Program-made: the position numbers and the translations under genes | Shown: positions 1 to 13,569 of the stretch, piece after piece | Layout: every line of letters starts with the position of its first letter | Position numbering within the stretch: the first letter of the stretch is position 1 | Assembly: GCA_951406725.2 (NCBI GenBank) | Contig: OX597816.1 | Span: forward strand, 94,550,001 to 94,614,000 | DNA length: 64,000 bases | Direction: 5' to 3' | Origin: Octopus vulgaris | Lineage: Eukaryota | Notes under the pieces: generated by a model | What the model was told of the DNA's origin: nothing | Database searches by the model: none | The model's input: only the letters and a program-made list of their open reading frames with translations

Positions 1-164
1 TAATCTTGATTTTGGATAAACTGTTTAACTGGAGTTGCTTTCTTCATCACGGTTCAGCCGCCGTGTCCTATTTAATTGCTGACTTTGTGTCGTATTTTGA
101 GTTCAAATCTCGGTATAGTTGACTTCAATTTTTATTCCACCAGAGTTGACAACATAGTACCAGT

Positions 165-345
165 TGTTGTTTAGGCACAAGTGAACTGTGATTAAGCTGA
201 TTCATTCGGTCATAGTTTGTCTCGGACTTCTTTATCAAGTATCTGTGACTTTCCGTGTTTTAAGACTAAGCTCCGGTTTGAGGAAGATTTAGCTGCTATT
301 TTTAGCAGATCGAGTTACCACTTAGAAGCGTCTTCATTGGTTCGC
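165..345 (-). mobile_element. Short interspersed repeat with (CAA)n tail (SINE-like family A)
   Basis: Shares the motif ctgctagaaatagcagccaaatctccctcaaa with copies at ~18320-18530, ~19940-20030, ~34860-35040, ~36400-36590 and ~49610-49730. Boundaries approximate. Confidence 0.55.
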
Positions 346-499
346 AAAGTATCAATAAATGAATATAACTTATTTCTATAACCAATTTCAAATATCTCAC
401 ATTTTTCAAGAGTAGAGTTTATTAAGCTGACACATATACTATGCATGCTTATATAGAACTGGTATTTCTCTGCTGCATATCATACAACTCATTGTGCCA

Positions 500-2390
500 T
501 GAACGTTGAGAGATTTAGGTGTAAGGTTGGTTAGAATGGTATGTCAGTGTGCGAGAGTTGGGGAACTGTGTTGTAAAGATGAAGAATGGGAAAAGTGATG
601 CATAGTGAAAGTTGGAGTGCATCAGGGTTATTATTAAGCCCACAACTATTTGTACTTGTGAGTGAGAAGCTGGTTTGAAGTGTAAACGACAGTTTATTTT
701 GATAGTTTGCTGTATGCAGATGATATGGTATTAACAGCAGTGTGTGTGGATGGATTGAAGGAGAAGAGGAATGAGTGGAAGAAATGTGTGGAGGGAAAAG
801 GTTTTGAAGGTGAATATTAGAAAGATAGAGGTGATGTCATGTGGTGAGATGGAAAGATTGGGAAGTGGATGTGTGCTGGAAAAGATGGAATGAATTTCGT
901 TAAATATATAATATACTCCAGATGGGTTCATCAAAAATGCAGTGATATGAGAGAATTATAAACTAATGTGGCTCCTACACTTGATTATGAGGTGGTATCA
1001 AAGAGTTCCAGGACTAGTTATGTTTAATAAAAAAAATATAAAATAACAAGTTTTAACATCATTTCCTTCAATACAGCAGTCCCAACATTCCTGCCATTTT
1101 TGGAATCCGACCTGGAAGTCATTTTCTGTAAGTGAGTTGAGGACCTTCTGCGTTTCACTCTTGATCTCGACAATGATGTTAAAAGAGTGACCTTTGAGCT
1201 GCCTTTTCATCTTGAGGAAGAGATGGAAGTCTACATGTACTAAATCTGGCATACAGGTTGGGTGCAGAAGCGATACTACCTTGTTTTTGGTGAGAAACTC
1301 ACAAAAAAAGAGAGCTTGGTGACAAGGTGCATTATTATCTTGAAGAATCCAGACGTTAAGATTGCCTGCATGGACCCCTACGACAGTACAAAACATCAGC
1401 AATGTCATTGATTGTCCTCTAATAATCCTCATGCACAAGCTGATGAATTTTCTTCATATTTCCAAGGGTGACACTCATGATAGATCTTCCAGGGATGTTC
1501 TTTCACTTTTGAAGTCCTTTGAAACATTGCATATGACCCATTGTCTCATTACCACAAGCTGGCTGAAGCATGCTCAATGTCTCTCCAGCAAACTTCTCAA
1601 GTTTAACACAAAATTTCACGTTGGCTCTTTGTTCCAACTTCCTGTCCATGACAAAAATCACAGACTACAGGATACATGTGATCACAAAAACACAAATTTC
1701 ACAACTTGCAAAGTAAACACAGCAATGTCACTTGGCACACTGCCTCATGAAAGTCACTGCTAGATCTCCCTGTACACAGAACCATGTGCTGTCATCTGTT
1801 GGCACACTACAGAACTAGTTTGGGTATTTTTTTAAATACCACCATGTATGAAAAGAGCTACAGATGAAGAAAATGTTTGATTCTGGAAATTGCTAGAGTA
1901 AGATGCATGTGGAAGAAGTTCCAAGTTCTGAGTAGCATACTAATGAAGATGGGATTTTTACTGAAACTGAGGAGAAAGGTATGTGCTACATGTGTGAGAA
2001 GTTCTATGATTTATAGAAGTGAGGTGTAAGTCATGATCATAGAAGCAGAGAGGAGAGAAAGCTGGAAAGAATAGAAATGAGAATGGTTTGGTAGATGTGC
2101 AGAGTGTCATCAAGAAAGCAGAAGTCAATGAACTGCAAAGGATGATGTGAATTGAGCCAGCAATTTATGTATGCAGAAATGGGATGATATGGCTGAGTCA
2201 TGCAGTTGGGTGAGAGGAGTGGTGGAAATGAATGCAGAAAAAAGTAGGAGGAGGACAAGGGATTTCATTGTGAGAAATGTAAAGGATAAAGCAAAATGGA
2301 GGAGAGGGTTATTGGGCTCTCAGAGCTAACCTCTACTTTAACAGGGAAATGGCCTTAAAACACTTGTGATGTGTTGTTATATTGTGTAAC
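500..2390 (+). mobile_element. Degenerate RTE-type LINE reverse-transcriptase fragment, interrupted by a mariner
   Basis: Remnant RT motifs GVHQG (ggagtgcatcagggt, ~613) and LLYADDMV (ttgctgtatgcagatgatatggta, ~707-730); many stops and frameshifts. Confidence 0.6.
988..1846 (-). mobile_element. Internally deleted, degenerate mariner transposon
   Basis: TA-flanked imperfect TIRs (tgaggtggtatcaaagagttccaggactagt / actagtttgggtattttttt..taccaccatg). ORF 998-1438(-) retains the C-terminal transposase motifs ILQDNNAPCH, HPTCMPDLVHVDFHLF and FQKWQECWDCCI. Confidence 0.85.
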
Positions 2391-4380
2391 TGATATTTTC
2401 CAATTTTGACCTTTGAACTTTTACAGATGTTGCAGCTAATTAACTGTTCAACAGGATTATTTAAAACTGACCCATGGGACAGATCTTAGGATTAAAGGTT
2501 CTGATCTGAATCTGTGAAAAAAAAAGCTGTCCATCAAATAGGAAACTTCCACTCAACTATACATTTAAATTGTAAGTTCCTTGTTTCTTCTACTGCTACT
2601 ACAATAGTACTGATCCTTTGAGTTTTCCAACTGTATAAACCTCTAATTAAACTGATACACTTTTCCCAAGGGTTTTGTCTAATGTATCTCATCTTAAGCT
2701 ATGGCACTAAATTTTATCTGATCTTGCTCTATGATGCTGCATTTCATTGAAATATTCTTCCTCCATATGGTTCAGTCAAACTCAATATTAGCTGTATTAA
2801 CTTCACCTAACTTCTCATTCACCTCCAGTTAACCATGACCCCCAGCCACCATTATAGAGTTTCAGTGGGCCTGGAAAGGCATAGGTTCTGTTCCAGCACT
2901 TTAGAACGAACACAGAAAGTTACCTAATTAATAGATAATAGTTAGGTTGCCAGCTAGAGTAACAAGATTCTTTAATGTGAAGAATTGGCATGAAAGTTTA
3001 GTGTTTAAACCTTAACATATTCACAATAAACACTATCATAATGTAACCTCAATATTTCCATATTGGCATGGGTTGGATGGTTTGACAGGAGCTGGAGAGC
3101 CAGAGGACTATGCCAAGCTCCAATGTCTATTTTGACATGATTTCTACAGCTGGATGCTCTCCCTAACACCAACCACTTTATAGAGCATACTCGTTTTTTT
3201 TTTTACATGGCACTAGCACCAGTGAGATCACAAAGTAATTCACAAGACAGGATCCTCAACTGAGATATGCATAGTATTGTGGGAGATGTCAGATAATGAA
3301 AGATTAAAGTATGATAGAGGGACAGGAACAGATTTCTTGCTGTAGGTGAGATATGTGGTTACCTCAGTTGGAGAAGAGATGTATCAAGGCATACCCTCAA
3401 ATTACAGGAAGGTAACTATGAGAAAGGTGGGGTAGATTACTCATCATATAGTTTGATCAAATATTTATAGTAAAGCTATCAACTATGCTACATCAGCAAT
3501 CAGAGACACTCAGTCTGTCTTTTAGAACATCTCACAGCCATATTGGATCAAACTTTGAATAAAAAAAAAGGTATTTTATTACATATTATTGAATAGTAAT
3601 AATTATATGGCTAGTTAAAATTATATCTGGTTAAGAAATTGATAATGTAAGTGATAATCTTTTATCAATTTGCAGAGTATGAGTGACATATGCAGTAATC
3701 CATCAACTATCCAAAAAACCCTGCCATAGGTGAAAATCCACAAAGTAGAAACAGTACTGTACTGTATATTTTTTTTTATTTCTATAAGTTGCATATATCT
3801 ATTTTATTATAAATGCAAAACAACACCACAGAGTAATTGACGTAAGCTTAAATAATAAAGTGTGATATGATGAGAGATTACTGCAAATGGCAATATCACT
3901 TTTCTTCCTTCTTTCCAACATTGCAGTGCCTATAAAATGTTTAAACATTTTAGCCATTATAGTTTTAAATATACTGGACAGTCAAGCTTCTGTGTTGAAA
4001 AAAGTTCACTCATAGACTTTTGTATAAGACAAAAATCTTTATAGATTTATGAACTTAAAATAGTTATATTAGATAAATTAGGAAATGTTTACAGAACTAC
4101 GTTGACGGAAGATAAATCTGAAACTTTTTTTTTTATGGTGGTGGACTTTATTTAATCATTAAATAAAGTTTTTAAAAATTCTTTTTTATTTGATAATTTT
4201 AATCCTGATTAAAAAATATATGTACATTGTATAAGTGTACGTAAATGTACACAAATACTCGAGAGAATAATGGATTGTATGCTACCATCAGAGATTGAAG
4301 TGAGCAGGACGATATACATCACCCTTAATCCCACAAGTGATAGTCCTATTCTTCCTTCTATTTCGTTAGGTGACAAGAAT

Positions 4381-4395
4381 ATGCTGGGTGAATAA
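4381..4395 (+). promoter_or_regulatory. Minimal upstream ORF (MLGE*) in the ATG5 5' UTR
   Basis: ATG CTG GGT GAA TAA lies after the predicted acceptor (tttcgttag|4370) and ends 1 nt before the ATG5 start at 4397. Confidence 0.55.
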
Positions 4396-4396
4396 C

Positions 4397-4510
4397 ATGG
4401 CTGAAGACCGAGAGATTCTTCGTGAAGTCTGGGAAGGACGAATCCCAGTGTCTTTCAGTTTGTCTCCAGAGGAGATTGTCAACGAGCAACCCGATCCATT
4501 TTTTTATTAT
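4397..4510 (+). CDS. ATG5: Autophagy protein 5, coding exon 1 (spliced CDS 807 nt, 268 aa)
   Basis: MAEDREILREVWEGRIPVSFSLSPEEIVNEQPDPFFYY matches the ATG5 N-terminus; donor gtatgt at 4511, phase 0. Confidence 0.95.
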
Positions 4511-5232
4511 GTATGTTCATTTGGAATTGCCATTATTCTTCTCTGACAATTTTCTATTCATTTATGCACAATATTAACTCTATTTTTATCTTCCATATGA
4601 TCTATTATACCTTAGAAAAAATTCAGGCATAAAAAGAATATAGTTCTGTTACTCAATTTTCAAGCTTTTTATTTTCTGTTTCTGAAGATCATTTGTTTAG
4701 AATATTACTGTTTTGTTCTGTTCTGTTTTATTATTCACAAATACTGGTATCAATCCTTCTTGTATAAATTCATTGACCTTAGATGAGGGGTAAAATAAGT
4801 TTCAATGTTCCTCTCAGCTAAAAGATATTCTCTACTCTGCTCACCTTAATATTTAATAAAACCTCTTAAAGATTAACTTTGCCTTTCATCTTTTTGGAGT
4901 TGATAAATAAAATGCCAGTGGCTTGGTAGAATTGTTAGGCCATTAGTCAAGCTACTTTGCAGTAACTGTTTTGGCTCTGTACATTCTGAGCTAAAATTTT
5001 GTCTAGTTGCTACTGACATAGGTTTATAGCTCAAACACAAGCATGCCCCATCCAATCAACAGATTACCAGCTATGCTTGCTGTAGATAGGCCTACAACCT
5101 GCAGAGAATGCAATGACATACTGAGACTTTCATCCAGCAACAGATTAACAGCTGGATAGACATATTAAAGAAATCTATTGTTAATTCTCTCTACTTTATA
5201 AAAGAATTAGTTGTATTTTATTTCTCTTCCAG

Positions 5233-5360
5233 TTACTTGTTCCTCGATTAAGTTATTTTCCTTTGGTGACAGACAAAGTACAAAAATACTTCCAAAAGTT
5301 CCTTGATGCTGAGATACAAGGTGAATTCTGGTTAGAATTTGAAGGCCAACCATTAAAATG
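5233..5360 (+). CDS. ATG5: ATG5 coding exon 2
   Basis: ccag|LLVPRLSYFPLVTDKVQKYFQKFLDAEIQGEFWLEFEGQPLKW|gtaag; 128 nt. Confidence 0.97.
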
Positions 5361-5764
5361 GTAAGATATTATTCCTGTGGCAATATGTTAATGGAATGGT
5401 ATATGTCCACAATTTCTTTCAGCTTCTGGAATTAACCAGTGAAGTAAGAAATCTTAACATTTTGTGTGTAGGGAAGTAGAAAAATTTGAGGTCAGTGCAA
5501 AGTCAAATGCTTACATCAAGTAATGTAAACAGAGTTGTAAACTCAAAAGATAAGTCAATTACATTATCTCTACCATTATTGTTATTATTTATATGACCTT
5601 GAATGAGTTCTTTTGATTAAGAACAAAGGAAAAAATATGAGAAAGTAGGTGAGCTAAAAAAGCTGTGTTCTGCTTTTTATATATTTTAATATTTCATTAT
5701 TTCATGTTCTGAGGGAATTATATAAACATATGAATTCATCTTCTTACTTGTTTTATCTTCACAG

Positions 5765-5843
5765 GCATTACCCTGTAGGAGTTCTCTTTGACCTTTATGG
5801 TTGTGAGGAAAATCTACCCTGGAAACTTACTGTCCATTTTCAG
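5765..5843 (+). CDS. ATG5: ATG5 coding exon 3
   Basis: acag|HYPVGVLFDLYGCEENLPWKLTVHFQ|gtaat; 79 nt. Confidence 0.97.
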
Positions 5844-6279
5844 GTAATCTGTCCTGCTGGATACATTATTATAGTTTCTATTGTTCATTTGCTCTGTAAA
5901 TAGGTGCAGAGGCTTCAGACACGTGGATATAAGATGACCAGTATGTCAGTTCAGGACTGATATCTTTAGAGTATGACATACTTCCCACTTTTATGATAGT
6001 AAGGTTGAGATTGTTACAATGGACTGGTACTGGTCAAATTATTACACTGAAGTTCTCTTACTAGCCTGCATGCAAATCTTTTAATGCTGTGATTGAGGAC
6101 TGTTATACAGACAGACATAATTTCTAACAGTTTCAGTAATCAGTGAAGCTAAACATGGATTGGACTTAGAAACTAAAGACTGCAGCTCTGAGACATTTTA
6201 ACACTGAGCTACTGTCTGACCTATTAAAAATGAAACTTAAAATAGCCAAAACCCATAAATGATTTTAATTTTTTTCTGA

Positions 6280-6794
<515 letters not shown>

Positions 6795-7699
6795 TAAGTA
6801 AACTAGACATATTCCCAGTATCCTGATGAAATATATTACAACTAACACAGTATCTAAATATCCTAACAGAAAATAATTTTAACATAAACTGTTAGACATT
6901 TCAAAGATTTCTTTTTCTCCAACATTATATATAGTGTATAAGATAGACTTAATAACCCAACTGTCAACTTTTTGATTTTAGTCAGTTTATTTTGTAAGTA
7001 TAAAATATGCAGTAAAATATACTAACTATATGTGCTTCACTGAATTAAGGGTTAGAATTGGAGAACAAATTATAAACAGTTAGTGTTGTAAAATTGTTTT
7101 AAAAGTATTTATGATATTTTCTATATATTAGTAGAGAGGTGCAATTGTGATGGTGGAAAGTAGATAAAAATATATTTATCTTTGAATATAATTGAGATAT
7201 TATTAAAGAAGTTGTAATAATAACTGGAGATAAAGTATGTTTATGAAGTATAGTGTGTGAAGGACATGGTATATTTACAATATAGTTCCCTAAGATCTTC
7301 CTGAATAACTAAATGAGTAAACAACTATTTCCAAATATGTTTACAACTACCTGGTAGAAAGCTATGGACATTTCCAATTCAATCTTATTCAGTTATACAC
7401 ATTACATGTTACACTCCTTTAAATTCATTATTTGAGTGAGGAAAAGTAAATGATTATTTACTGCTTTCAGTTACATTGTTTGCAACAATTGGCTATTTTG
7501 GTCTAAATCTCCAAGTTTTGTGTTAGGTATAATAGCTACACATCAGTTTTGAGGAGAGAGATATCAGAAATCTGCATCATCATTTAACATCTATGTTCTG
7601 ATTTGGCAGGTCTAAAGACTGCATCATGCTTTCTGTTTACTTAAGCATGTTTTTTTTAATAGCTGAATGCCCTTTCTAATGGCAGCTACTGTACAGCAG

Positions 7700-9970
7700 G
7701 TACATTCTCTGTTAGTCTACTTGTGATCCCACTACACCTCTTGTATGTCCATAGCTTACAATGGGCATAGGATATAGAGTTTATATCTACTCCTTTTCTT
7801 TATGTCAAGCAAGGTCATTTCTGTGAAAATTCCAGGGTCCAGTCTTCTTTCCTACTTACTAAAACCTTCATCTTTGCTGAGTTTGTTTTAAGACCTTTCA
7901 ATTCTAGGTTTATCTTTTGCCTGGAATTTCCTTTCTAATTTTCCTATAAGAACTAAATCTTTGTGTAGCAATTCTCATAGGCAGCCAGTCTTAAACTCCT
8001 CTGTGATGGCATGTAGAAAGAGGAGAGCACTGAGGACTGAGCTTTGATGGATTCCTGCCTTCATGCTACATTCATTGTTGATTCTCACTGCATCTTTTCA
8101 TATAGCTTGTATGGCCCCAACAAACTATTCATCTACTAGTTTCCTTAGTAACCACCAAATTACTGAACGAGATGCCCTGTCAAACACCTCTAAGTCAACA
8201 AATGCCAGAAATAATGGTTTACTCTTAACCAAATACTTCTATTGTGGTTACCTCTCAAGGGAGGCTACATCCATGTTTCTTCTGGGCATGAAGCATCTCA
8301 TCTAAGTCTTCTCTGTCACAAGTCAATTGTGTATAACTTTATAACCTTCATAACCTGATCCAGTAGTTTGATTCCTCTATAATTTGCTCTCACTAAAGCA
8401 TCCCTTTTGCTTTTGTAACAATTTTCAATGATACTTCTATGGCAAGCATTGTGTATGACACCTTTCTGTGTGACTTGATCAACTATTCAGGTGGTAATCA
8501 AGTATCCTACCTCACCAGATATCTTGGGAGTCTCTACAAATATTCCTGATGAATCTGCAGCTATCTCTTTCTTCATGTCCTTGATTGTTTTATTTACCAT
8601 GTTGCTGTCAAATTGAATTTTGCTGATCCCTTTGTAGAGCCAGTATAAGGTAGCCCCACTTTATCCCATGCATTCTCTACATTCATCAGCATCTCCAAAC
8701 AGCACTCCCACACCACTTTCTTGTCTTCTATGTTGATGATACATATGCTTTCATCATTCCAAATACACTTCTTGCTAATGACATTTGGTTCTCTCTCATA
8801 TTCTATCTTGCAATCTTGAGCACTGCATGCCTCTGATCGTCAGGTTGCCAGACATACACAAATTTCCTTTATGCCTCACTCTTAACCAAGTTAACCTGTC
8901 ACCTAACTGTGCTTCTAACCATCTGGTACTGTTCCCTGCTACTACCTTTCTTCCAAGTTATACAAGCTTGTCTCTATAGCCTTTACTTTTCTATAAAATT
9001 CCACTACCATGTTATTTCAGATTCGCTGGAACTTTGCTCCAGCCACATAGCTGATCTTAAGTCAGTTATTTCATAAAAATTTCCAGTTGTCATCTATGCT
9101 GCATGTATTTAAATCTTTCTCTCTCCAGTCATATGCATCAGTTAGAATTTCTCTAAACTTATTCCCAGCTGTGGGATCTTTTAGTTTCTATGTATTCTTT
9201 CTTATTATTGTCTCTAAATTCTGTACCTGCCCAGTTCTAACTCTGAAGTCACTAGCCTCTGATCTATGTGGCATACTCTTTTACATGTTTCAGTCATTTG
9301 ACTGCAGCCATGCTGGAGCACCGCCTTTAGTCGAGCAAATCGACCCCGGGACTTATTCTTTGTAAGCCCAGTACTTATTCTATCGGTCTCTTTTGCCAAA
9401 CCGCTAAGTGACGGGGACGTAAACACACCAGCATCGGTTGTCAAGCAAATGCTAGGGGTACAAACACTGACACACAAACACATACACATACATACATACA
9501 TATACATATATACGACAGGCTTCTTTCAGTTTCCGTCTACCAAATCCACTCACAAGGCATTGGTTGGCCCGAGACTATAGCAGAAGACACTTGCCCAAGA
9601 TGCCACGCAGTGGGACTGAACCCGGAACCATGTGGTTGATTAGCAAGCTACTTACCACACAGCCACTCCTGCGCATGGTGCATTTTGTGCAAGGAAAGGT
9701 TTTGGTATTCACAATAACCGTCTTGTCTTGTTTTCTGGTGAGAATGTAATGCCTATGGGGTGTATGCAGAGATAAATGATGCTACTAAATTGCCTATAAC
9801 TAGTCTTATCTTAATTATCTTATCACTCAGCTGGTCTACCACAATTACTTTATCCATTTTTCAACCAACAGTACTCTTAATCCTCCCTGTTATTCACCAA
9901 AAGAATCTGCGTTGCTGGCTCTTGCCTGTGAAGAGTTTGGTTGAGGATCCTTTCCATCTTACCTTTTGCA
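7700..9970 (-). mobile_element. Degenerate RTE-type LINE (endonuclease/RT remnants) in an ATG5 intron
   Basis: Reverse strand shows remnants of YRGIKLLDQVMK, FVDLEVFDR and GIHQSSVLSALL motifs; many disablements; contains a nested SINE. Confidence 0.7.
9276..9674 (-). mobile_element. Near full-length tRNA-headed SINE (family B) nested in the LINE
   Basis: Minus strand starts gcgcaggagtggctgtgtggtaag (A box) ... gggttcagtcc (B box), has an internal (TA/TG) microsatellite and retains CpGs. Other copies: ~54972-55343(-), 32245-32460(-, 3' half), 30861-30930(+, head only), ~14760-14850. Confidence 0.85.
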
Positions 9971-10161
9971 TACACTACTGGTTACATCATTACATAAATG
10001 TGAAAGAATTTGTATATATAGTGCAGTAGATTTTAGCTTTAAATAAAAACATATTTTGCTTTGGAGCAGTTTTGATTGTGTTGAAAATTTGCTTACAGTT
10101 ACAAAAATGCTGAAGTTTTACAATTAATGTCATAGCTTTGTTGTATTGTTTTATATTACAG

Positions 10162-10273
10162 TCAGATGGTTCATTTTCCCAGCAGTTATTTAAACCTATT
10201 GATGAAAATGGCACTGTACATTTACTGTCTGATTTGATGCAACAGGCTTTACCTGACTTCAATGGAGATGAAA
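10162..10273 (+). CDS. ATG5: ATG5 coding exon 6
   Basis: tacag|SDGSFSQQLFKPIDENGTVHLLSDLMQQALPDFNGDE|gtaaat; 112 nt, phase 0 to phase 1. Confidence 0.93.
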
Positions 10274-10949
10274 GTAAATTTTATATTTTGTTATTTATAA
10301 ATACACATACACACATAACATGTATTGCTTTTCCTTTACATAATTTCATGAACATGGTTGGTCTTCCCTTTTTAAATTGTAATGAAATTTTAGACTTTGT
10401 TAAAAATTATTGAAATCTTTCCAGTATGATAAATATTCATCATCATCATCATCATTTAACATCTGTTTTACTTGCTGGTATGAGTTTTGTAGTTTGACAA
10501 GATCTGGTGAGCCACAGGACTACATTGAGCTTCATTGTTAGCTTTGGCATAACTTCTATGGCTGGATGTCATCCTTCCTAATGTCAATCACTTTGCAGTG
10601 TGTATTAGGTGCTTTTTTGTGCTACTAGCTCTAATGAGGTCAACAAGCAACTTGTAAAACAGGAATAATGTAAATATTTATTGTGATATTGAATGTAATG
10701 GAATGGCAGAAGTAACAAATGCATATTTAGTTTAGTGGTTTTGCATTGTGTTCAAGTCATACTAGAATTGACTTTGCCTCTCATTCCTCTGAAATCAATA
10801 AAACAAACGCAAATTAATTTTATGGGATCAGTCCAAGCAACTCTTTTAAACTTGTGACCTTGTACCAATATAAGAAATTAATTATTGAAATCTTCAATTT
10901 TCAACAAAAAAAGTAACCCTTTATAATAATAATAGTAATAATAATAATT

Positions 10950-11160
10950 TCAAGTTTTGGCACTAGGCCAGCAATTTGGAGGGGATTAGTCAATACCATT
11001 GCCACCAGTACTTGACTAGTACTTTAGTTTATCAATCTTGAAAGGATGAAATGCAAAGTCATATTTGGTGGGATTTGAACTCAGAAGAAAACAAGTCAGA
11101 ACAAATATCCCAAAACATTTATTCTGACACTCTATGAATTCTGCCAGCTTGCTGCCTTAC
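10950..11160 (-). mobile_element. SINE with a Nin/Deu-like central domain (family C)
   Basis: Reverse complement of gactttgcatttcatcctttcaagattgataaa; (AAT)n tail. Related copies at ~97-165, ~10745-10885, 25500-26385, 41659-41840 and ~48350-48490. Confidence 0.7.
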
Positions 11161-11222
11161 TTAACAATAATAATTTGTGACCTTTAATTATAACAATAAT
11201 TTTAAAATGCATTGATTATTAA

Positions 11223-11965
11223 CCCTTTTGCAAGCAGATAATATTTTAAATCCTTATGGAGTGAGTGAATTTAATGGTTTCTGTCACAAGATAATCCCAA
11301 AGTGAAGGCCCACCACCAACAGTAGCAGAAAAAAAAAACCAATGAAATTAATCAACCAGAGCCAAGCTTCAGCTGGTGTCCATGCAGATCCACCTTGTCC
11401 TACGAATTAATTTATAATGGGGATTTATCATTTTTCAAGTTGCTTATGCCTATCCAATTATCTGTACAGACATCATCAACATTGTCAGAAGTATCACTGT
11501 CACCATCACTATGTAACTTATTTCCACTATCTCACTCAGCACTACTATACACTTACATCCTCTCTACATCACTTACAGATGCTTCATATTCGTCTAAATC
11601 ATAAAAAATAGGACAAATCAAGATCATTTCCACTATTCAGATTGTTATCAGACACCTCTAAAATATTAGACATTTTGTCTGTATTGATTGAGGGTTGTAT
11701 TACACAAACAGAATGCTGTGAACCACTAAGTGCCGACATGCTGCTTTTGAGCATTTAAATCTATAAATATGCCATTCCAAACATGTCTTAATGGCATGCA
11801 AATTGTGGGAATTCCATAGGAATGCATGCAGTGAAGCTACAACAAATTAACATTCAATATTCAAAGACCAACCCATATAGATGAATACATTGAGCTACAG
11901 CAAAAACAATCAAAATATTATAGTATACTGTAGATGACCACAATGTCATTTTTCCTGCAAAAGGG
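11223..11965. mobile_element. Non-autonomous piggyBac-like element
   Basis: TTAA|CCCTTTTGCA ... TGCAAAAGGG|TTAA: 10-bp perfect terminal inverted repeats starting CCC with a TTAA target duplication; no transposase ORF. Confidence 0.7.
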
Positions 11966-12680
11966 TTAACTGACCCTTATTCCATTCATGAAGTTAGATA
12001 GGGGTTGATCAAAGTTAAATCAGTTCATTATAGAGAACCATTATTGCAAGTTACCCCCTTTTCTAATGCCTGTATATCCTTATCTTGAAACAATTTATTT
12101 GCCCTCTTCTGCTAATGTAAAATACTACTTAATCTTCTGCCCTTTCATGAAAACTAGAAACTTCTAATTTTCAGAAGCTTTAAAACTATTTCACATGTAT
12201 TTGTTTTACATTCAGTAGGTTGTTTTCTGCTTTGCTTATATAAGCATACTTAATATTTGTATATGTTGTTTGAAGTGTACTTTATATGTAAAATAGAGAA
12301 AGTTAGTCCTCATTGCATAAATAAGCTAAGAAATAAGAGAGCTAAAACCATTTGCTAATTTTAAACCCAATTATGTTTATTCAATTTTGAATATTTGATA
12401 GATCTAATTCAAAAAGTGTTTTGTTGATCAAGCTTATTTAGCCAACTATACCAAATCTCATTGCTCTGATTAAAATCTTGAAAATATAATTTTCAAAATC
12501 ATTATTAAAATATAATGAATATTTATAATTTTTGTCATTATTTGTCTTGTCAGTGAGGGTAGATTTTCTGCATATTTTGATTTCAATAAACTAAAACTTC
12601 ATATAAGTACCATCTCTGGTGCCATATGATCACTATTTCAAAATATATAGTGTCTTGGTTTGTTATATATTTTATGATAA

Positions 12681-12842
<162 letters not shown>

Positions 12843-13569
12843 TCAGTTGACAAGACACCTCATTATAAGACAAAACCATCCATCTAACAATTCACTGTTA
12901 TTGAAAAATTAGATGAAAACTGATTCTTGCTTATTTCTCTATTTGGATTTTGCTTGCTGAGAATGTAACTGACTCTTCTGATAAATACAATATATATTAA
13001 TTTATAATTAAATTGAAACGGACTAGATAAATTAAAAAAAGAATACTTACATATATATATTTTAATGCTTATGGTATACATCAAAAGTAACTTTTAATTT
13101 ATGCTGGAGATAAGCAATGAAAACTGATATAAAATCTTACAGTCTAAAGTCAGTATATTTTTTTGAATCTTGTTAAACTTCAATAATAACCTCCAAAGAC
13201 AGAATGTTCATATTCTCATATTTGTGTCATTTGCTGTAGTAAGGTGATCCTGGGAGGTTTATCAAAACCTCATCTTTAGAAAGGTTTGTTTCCAAAATAC
13301 AAGGTACTAATGATTCCATCCTTGTTGTTTGAACTCACCTCTCTAAAATATCATTTTCTGAAGTTTGACAAGTAAATTGAGGAAATATATTTTGCATGAA
13401 AAATACTGGGACAGTTGCTTGATCTTTGATTGCTGGGAGCAAATATTTTGTTTTATTTATTGCTATGACTGCTGCCTATCTAGACACAATACTGGCATCA
13501 ATTACAAAATAAAGACATATCAAGACCACTGCAGTTTGCAATTAAAACTCAATTAAACAATAGATTGAA

